From the IMG/VR virus record IMGVR_UViG_2541047695_000006: DNA of 10,524 nucleotides. One strand, given 5' to 3'. The notes under the pieces were generated by a model. The model worked only from the letters and a program-made list of their open reading frames with translations. It did no database searches and was not told the origin of the DNA. Source of the stretch: a virus. Taxonomy: Duplodnaviria > Heunggongvirae > Uroviricota > Caudoviricetes. The position numbers and the translations under genes are program-made. Within the stretch, counting starts at the first letter, position 1; every line of letters begins with the position of its first letter. Below are positions 7,684 to 10,524 of the stretch, piece by piece.

Positions 7684-8067
7684 ATGCAGAATCATTACAA
7701 TGACCTTAAGCCAATTGCCGAAATGATGTATCCGGATCCAGCAGTAGAGGAATTAAAGGCTATTGCTGACAAAATGCGTTTAAGTGAACGCCTTGTTGAT
7801 ATGAATCAGGTGATGGAACTTACTACCCTTAGCCGTCGCACATTGCTAAACCTTGAGGCTCGTGGAGAGTTCCCCGAACGCGTACAGGTTACGGAAGGGC
7901 GTAAGGCCTGGTATTTAAGTGAAGTGATCGACTGGATAAACAATATTCCTCGAGCTTCTGAATATTGCCGCGTACCTGTCCCCAAAAAGCCAGATGCGGC
8001 GCTATGCCTCAAGATTGAGCGTGTACGTCGCAATGCACGGGATGGTCGCTATAAGTTGATTGGTTGA
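7684..8067 (+). CDS. AlpA/MerR-like HTH DNA-binding protein (127 aa) immediately upstream of cos
   Basis: HTH segment LTTLSRRTLLNLEARGEFPERVQVTEGRKAWYLSEVIDWINN. AGGGGGA RBS. About 40 N-terminal residues have no recognisable signature. Confidence 0.65.
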   Translation: MQNHYNDLKPIAEMMYPDPAVEELKAIADKMRLSERLVDMNQVMELTTLSRRTLLNLEARGEFPERVQVTEGRKAWYLSEVIDWINNIPRASEYCRVPVPKKPDAALCLKIERVRRNARDGRYKLIG

Positions 8068-8120
8068 TGAAATTAGGGCCCGTTCTGGCTGGCGGGTCCT
8101 TTCCGGCGATCCGGCAGGCT

Positions 8121-8241
8121 ACGGGGCGGCGACCTTGCGGATTTTCGCTATTTATGAGCCTTTTCGGGTTGGTGGTGGTGGTTTTGTTTTTCGCTCTATC
8201 TCTATGAATAAAAAGGGAAAGATAACACCAACACACCAACC
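8121..8241 (+). other. Lambda-like cohesive end site: cosN (12-nt cohesive-end sequence at 8124-8135) plus cosB-like repeats
   Basis: GGGCGGCGACCT at 8124-8135 and the following about 35 nt closely match the lambda left-end sequence as recalled. Downstream are GGTTGGTGGTGGTGG (8167-8181), an A/T-rich tract, and a tandem ACACCAAC x2 (8225-8240) in inverted orientation, ending about 30 bp before the Nu1-like start. Confidence 0.7.
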
Positions 8242-8268
8242 TGAAACCTTAACTAAGTGGGGATATTG

Positions 8269-8811
8269 ATGAAATCGCACCTGATGAACAAAAAAACTAT
8301 GGCGCAAAGCTGCCGCGTAAGTGCGACAGCGTTCGACAAGTGGGGAGTAACTCCCGTTGAGCGTAAAGGCCGTGAGGCGTTTTATGATGTTGCTAGCGTG
8401 ATAGACAATAGGGTTAACAATGCAATTAACCAGCTTACAAACGACAAAGGCGAGATTGATGATGATGAACTTTTACGCGTAAGAATCAGATTAATGACGG
8501 CCCAGGCGGAAGCGCAGGAACTTAAAAACGAGCGCGAACGCGGCGAGGTGATTGATACAAAGTTTTGCATCTACGCGATTTCAAAACTAGCGAGTCAGAT
8601 TTCATCAATCATGGACAGCCTCCCGCTCACAATGCAAAGGCGCTTTCCCGATATAAGGCCGTATATGCTGGATGAACTAAAAAGGGAAATAGCCAAAGCA
8701 TGTAACGCATGTGCAAGACTTGACGAAAACCTGCCACAGATACTGGCTGATTACCTGATGGAAACTACCGGAAACGCGCCTGAGAAGTTGCTACAGAACA
8801 AAGGCGAGTAA
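8269..8811 (+). CDS. Terminase small subunit, lambda Nu1-like
   Basis: About 180 aa, collinear with lambda Nu1: N-terminal winged-HTH region (NKK...FYDVASVI) and TAQAEAQELKNERERGEVIDTKFCIYAISKLASQISSIMDSLPLTMQRRFPD. The start at 8269 has a GGGGA RBS; the track ORF begins at an upstream GTG (8257). Confidence 0.85.
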   Translation: MKSHLMNKKTMAQSCRVSATAFDKWGVTPVERKGREAFYDVASVIDNRVNNAINQLTNDKGEIDDDELLRVRIRLMTAQAEAQELKNERERGEVIDTKFCIYAISKLASQISSIMDSLPLTMQRRFPDIRPYMLDELKREIAKACNACARLDENLPQILADYLMETTGNAPEKLLQNKGE

Positions 8812-8884
8812 CCGCCGCCCCGTAACGGGCCATAATTCCAGGAAGGACCCGACGACACCAGGCTATCGGAACGATGAGGGCACA

Positions 8885-9166
8885 ATGACTGAAGCCGAAC
8901 TACTGGGATTAATCCGCCGCGTCGTCGGAATCAGCCAGCAGCATGACGAACAGGCCACACAGCCGGACAGCGTGACCGCTGAAAATTATGTGCGTGTTGT
9001 TGCTGAGGTGATGCGCCGTGATGGTATTGAGCTTAACGGCGTGGATATGCGCAACATACGAACAAGAGTCCTTGAGTTGCTGGCATACCGTCGCCGTTCT
9101 CAACAACGGAGGGAGAGCGCGAAAAATACTTACCAGTGGAAGAAGCCGGAACGGTTGCGGCGGTAG
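8885..9166 (+). CDS. Hypothetical protein (93 aa) downstream of terS; not a large-terminase homologue
   Basis: ORF with a GAGGG RBS at 6-nt spacing. No similarity to lambda gpA recognised. Confidence 0.45.
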   Translation: MTEAELLGLIRRVVGISQQHDEQATQPDSVTAENYVRVVAEVMRRDGIELNGVDMRNIRTRVLELLAYRRRSQQRRESAKNTYQWKKPERLRR

Positions 9167-9573
9167 ATTCCTGATATTCAGGAAAACCACGAATCTGTGG
9201 GGTTTACTGGCGCGGTTACGGCGGTGACACGCACCGAGGCAGAACAATTACCGTAGGTTAAAGCGACAGTATTCACACCAAAGGCAGAAATTAGCGGTTA
9301 ACGTAACTGACTGATATTTTCGGGAACAGCCAACGGCTGAGGCCGGAGCTATAAAAATAGCTTTGGGTACAGTCCTCAGTTTTGAGGGATGTTAACCAAC
9401 TGAATAATAAGCAAACCTCAAAATTGAGTTTTGTATCTGCCTGAGTTATTTCTGTGCTAACTTGCTGATATTCCCGATAACGTAAAATTGCGTTGGCTGG
9501 CAGAGTGCAAATTTGCACGATGGCCTAACCCATTGATTGTTTCGGAAACCTCAATTTGAGGAGGCCGGACAGC

Positions 9574-9608
9574 GTGACGGAGGGTGACAACCAGTGACAC
9601 GCCGTGAC
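9574..9608 (+). repeat. Four direct GTGAC repeats at exact 10-bp periodicity
   Basis: GTGAC at 9574, 9584, 9594 and 9604. The 9-mer GTGACACGC also occurs at 9224-9232 and 9594-9602. Confidence 0.55.
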
Positions 9609-10062
9609 AAAAAGACGGTTTAACCATCCATTAAAAATCGACGTGATTTTGTGCTTTCCGTATGAGGTGGCCAGCGTCATTTTTTAGTGAGAAATTCTGG
9701 TCAGGGGCGTTGGCTGAATGGTTATTTTATCGTGCCCATGCACAGGGAGGGGGCGGGTAAAATCTCTGGAGGTGATGCCTGTCAGGACCGCCGCCTGACC
9801 CTTCCTCACATCGCCGCAGGTTCGAAAACTTTTTTTGTGTCAGGTGCGCACGGAATTGATAGGTAAAACCTATATTAAAAAATCACGGAAGCCGCGCCAT
9901 TGCTGGATCAGTCAAAAATTCCACATCTCACGGCAGGCAAAAAAAGCGAATTTTGGGCCAGTTGAGGATAAAAAAGGGCTCACTAGTTTTGCACATCCTG
10001 GTATCGGGGTCGTCAGCCTCCCGCCAGTAACCAGGTAACTAATCACGCTGGTGGGCATGATG

Positions 10063-10090
10063 CCGATGCCGGGATCTCGGTATCGGTTTA
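10063..10090 (+). terminator. Candidate hairpin / weak terminator
   Basis: CCGATGCCG-ggatct-CGGTATCGG (one G-T pair) followed by the T-rich TTTATCTG. Confidence 0.25.
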
Positions 10091-10280
10091 TCTGTGATCA
10101 TCCACCAGCTTGATGACAGATAACAGGGAGTCATAACGATTAAAATTGTATATTTTTGCAGCAAACATTTTTAGCTACACGCTAAGCTATACGATTTTGA
10201 GTTTAAATTTTTTGTATTCAATTAAATCAAATGGTTATATGCACGTTTTGAATACTCTCGTGGACCAAAAATCCCAAGAA

Positions 10281-10307
10281 AACCAACCTATTGCGGTTGG
10301 TTTTTTT
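10281..10307 (+). terminator. Rho-independent terminator, strongest in plus orientation and possibly bidirectional
   Basis: AACCAACC-tattgc-GGTTGGTT followed by T7. Lies about 60 nt beyond the stop of the minus-strand edge ORF. Confidence 0.5.
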
Positions 10308-10368
10308 ATATCTGCATTTAATTCGATAAACAGACAGCGACACATCACGGCCTGTTTATTTTCTGTTA

Positions 10369-10524
10369 TCAGAACGTCCAGACTACACCCGCCTGAGTTG
10401 TGCTGCTTTCTTCACGGGAGAAACGGCTGTCGATACCAAGCGTTAGCCCCGTCAATGTTTGCTCAAAGCCAGCGCCTGCATCAGTGGTCACGTTGTTGCG
10501 GCTGTTAATTGCCGAACTCCACAT
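10369..10524 (-). CDS. Short minus-strand ORF at the window edge (51 codons from an ATG at 10522-10524; may be the C-terminus of a longer gene starting outside the window)
   Basis: Translated by hand: MWSSAINSRNNVTTDAGAGFEQTLTGLTLGIDSRFSREESSTTQAGVVWTF, stop at 10369-10371. Under 60 aa so absent from the track. Function unknown. Confidence 0.3.
   Translation of the reverse strand: MWSSAINSRNNVTTDAGAGFEQTLTGLTLGIDSRFSREESSTTQAGVVWTF

Larger units (their letters stand above)
1..9166. mobile_element. Integrative phage-satellite-like island (PICI/P4-like): int, alpA, rep with iteron origin, ssb, lambda-like E/D/cos/Nu1; boundaries not determinable in this window
   Basis: Gene order and content: P4-type integrase at the left edge, AlpA regulator, replication ATPase followed by iterons, then capsid, cos and small-terminase homologues, all on one strand. 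No att repeats could be identified because the upstream flank is outside the window. Confidence 0.65.

Noticed and set aside
9291-9518. Minus-strand 75-aa ORF 9291..9518
   Set aside because: It spans the palindrome cluster and has no RBS or protein-like composition; the region is better explained as regulatory or non-coding.
9809-9838. tRNA-like fragment (GGTTCGAA resembling a T-loop) as a possible attR tRNA remnant
   Set aside because: The flanking bases cannot form a T-stem or acceptor stem and no CCA-proximal acceptor sequence follows. It is more likely a chance match, and no att repeat can be confirmed without the sequence upstream of int.
9835-10508. Plus-strand ORFs 9835..10038 and 10146..10508
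   Set aside because: No RBS and low-complexity, unlikely composition. The second crosses a strong terminator and overlaps the minus-strand edge ORF.

Overview
The window appears to be an integrative phage-satellite-like island (PICI/P4-like architecture) on the + strand, roughly 1-9166. From left to right it carries a P4-type tyrosine integrase, an AlpA-family regulator, a divergent control region with a small unannotated ribbon-helix-helix gene facing three palindromic operators, a translationally coupled operon ending in a RecA/DnaB-like replication protein, an iteron array (putative origin), an SSB homologue, and then a partial lambda-like head and packaging set: gpE-like major capsid, gpD-like decoration protein, a second AlpA-like HTH protein, a lambda-like cos site and a Nu1-like small terminase. 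No portal, protease, scaffold, large terminase or tail genes are visible. The last ~1.3 kb (9167-10524) has no convincing protein genes but is dense in perfect palindromes and 10-bp-phased direct repeats, and ends with a terminator and a short minus-strand ORF at the window edge. Homology calls are from reading the translated ORFs against remembered family sequences (lambda E, D, Nu1, cos; E. coli SSB; AlpA); none was database-verified. No rRNA, tRNA or CRISPR array was found, and the island boundaries (att sites) could not be determined.
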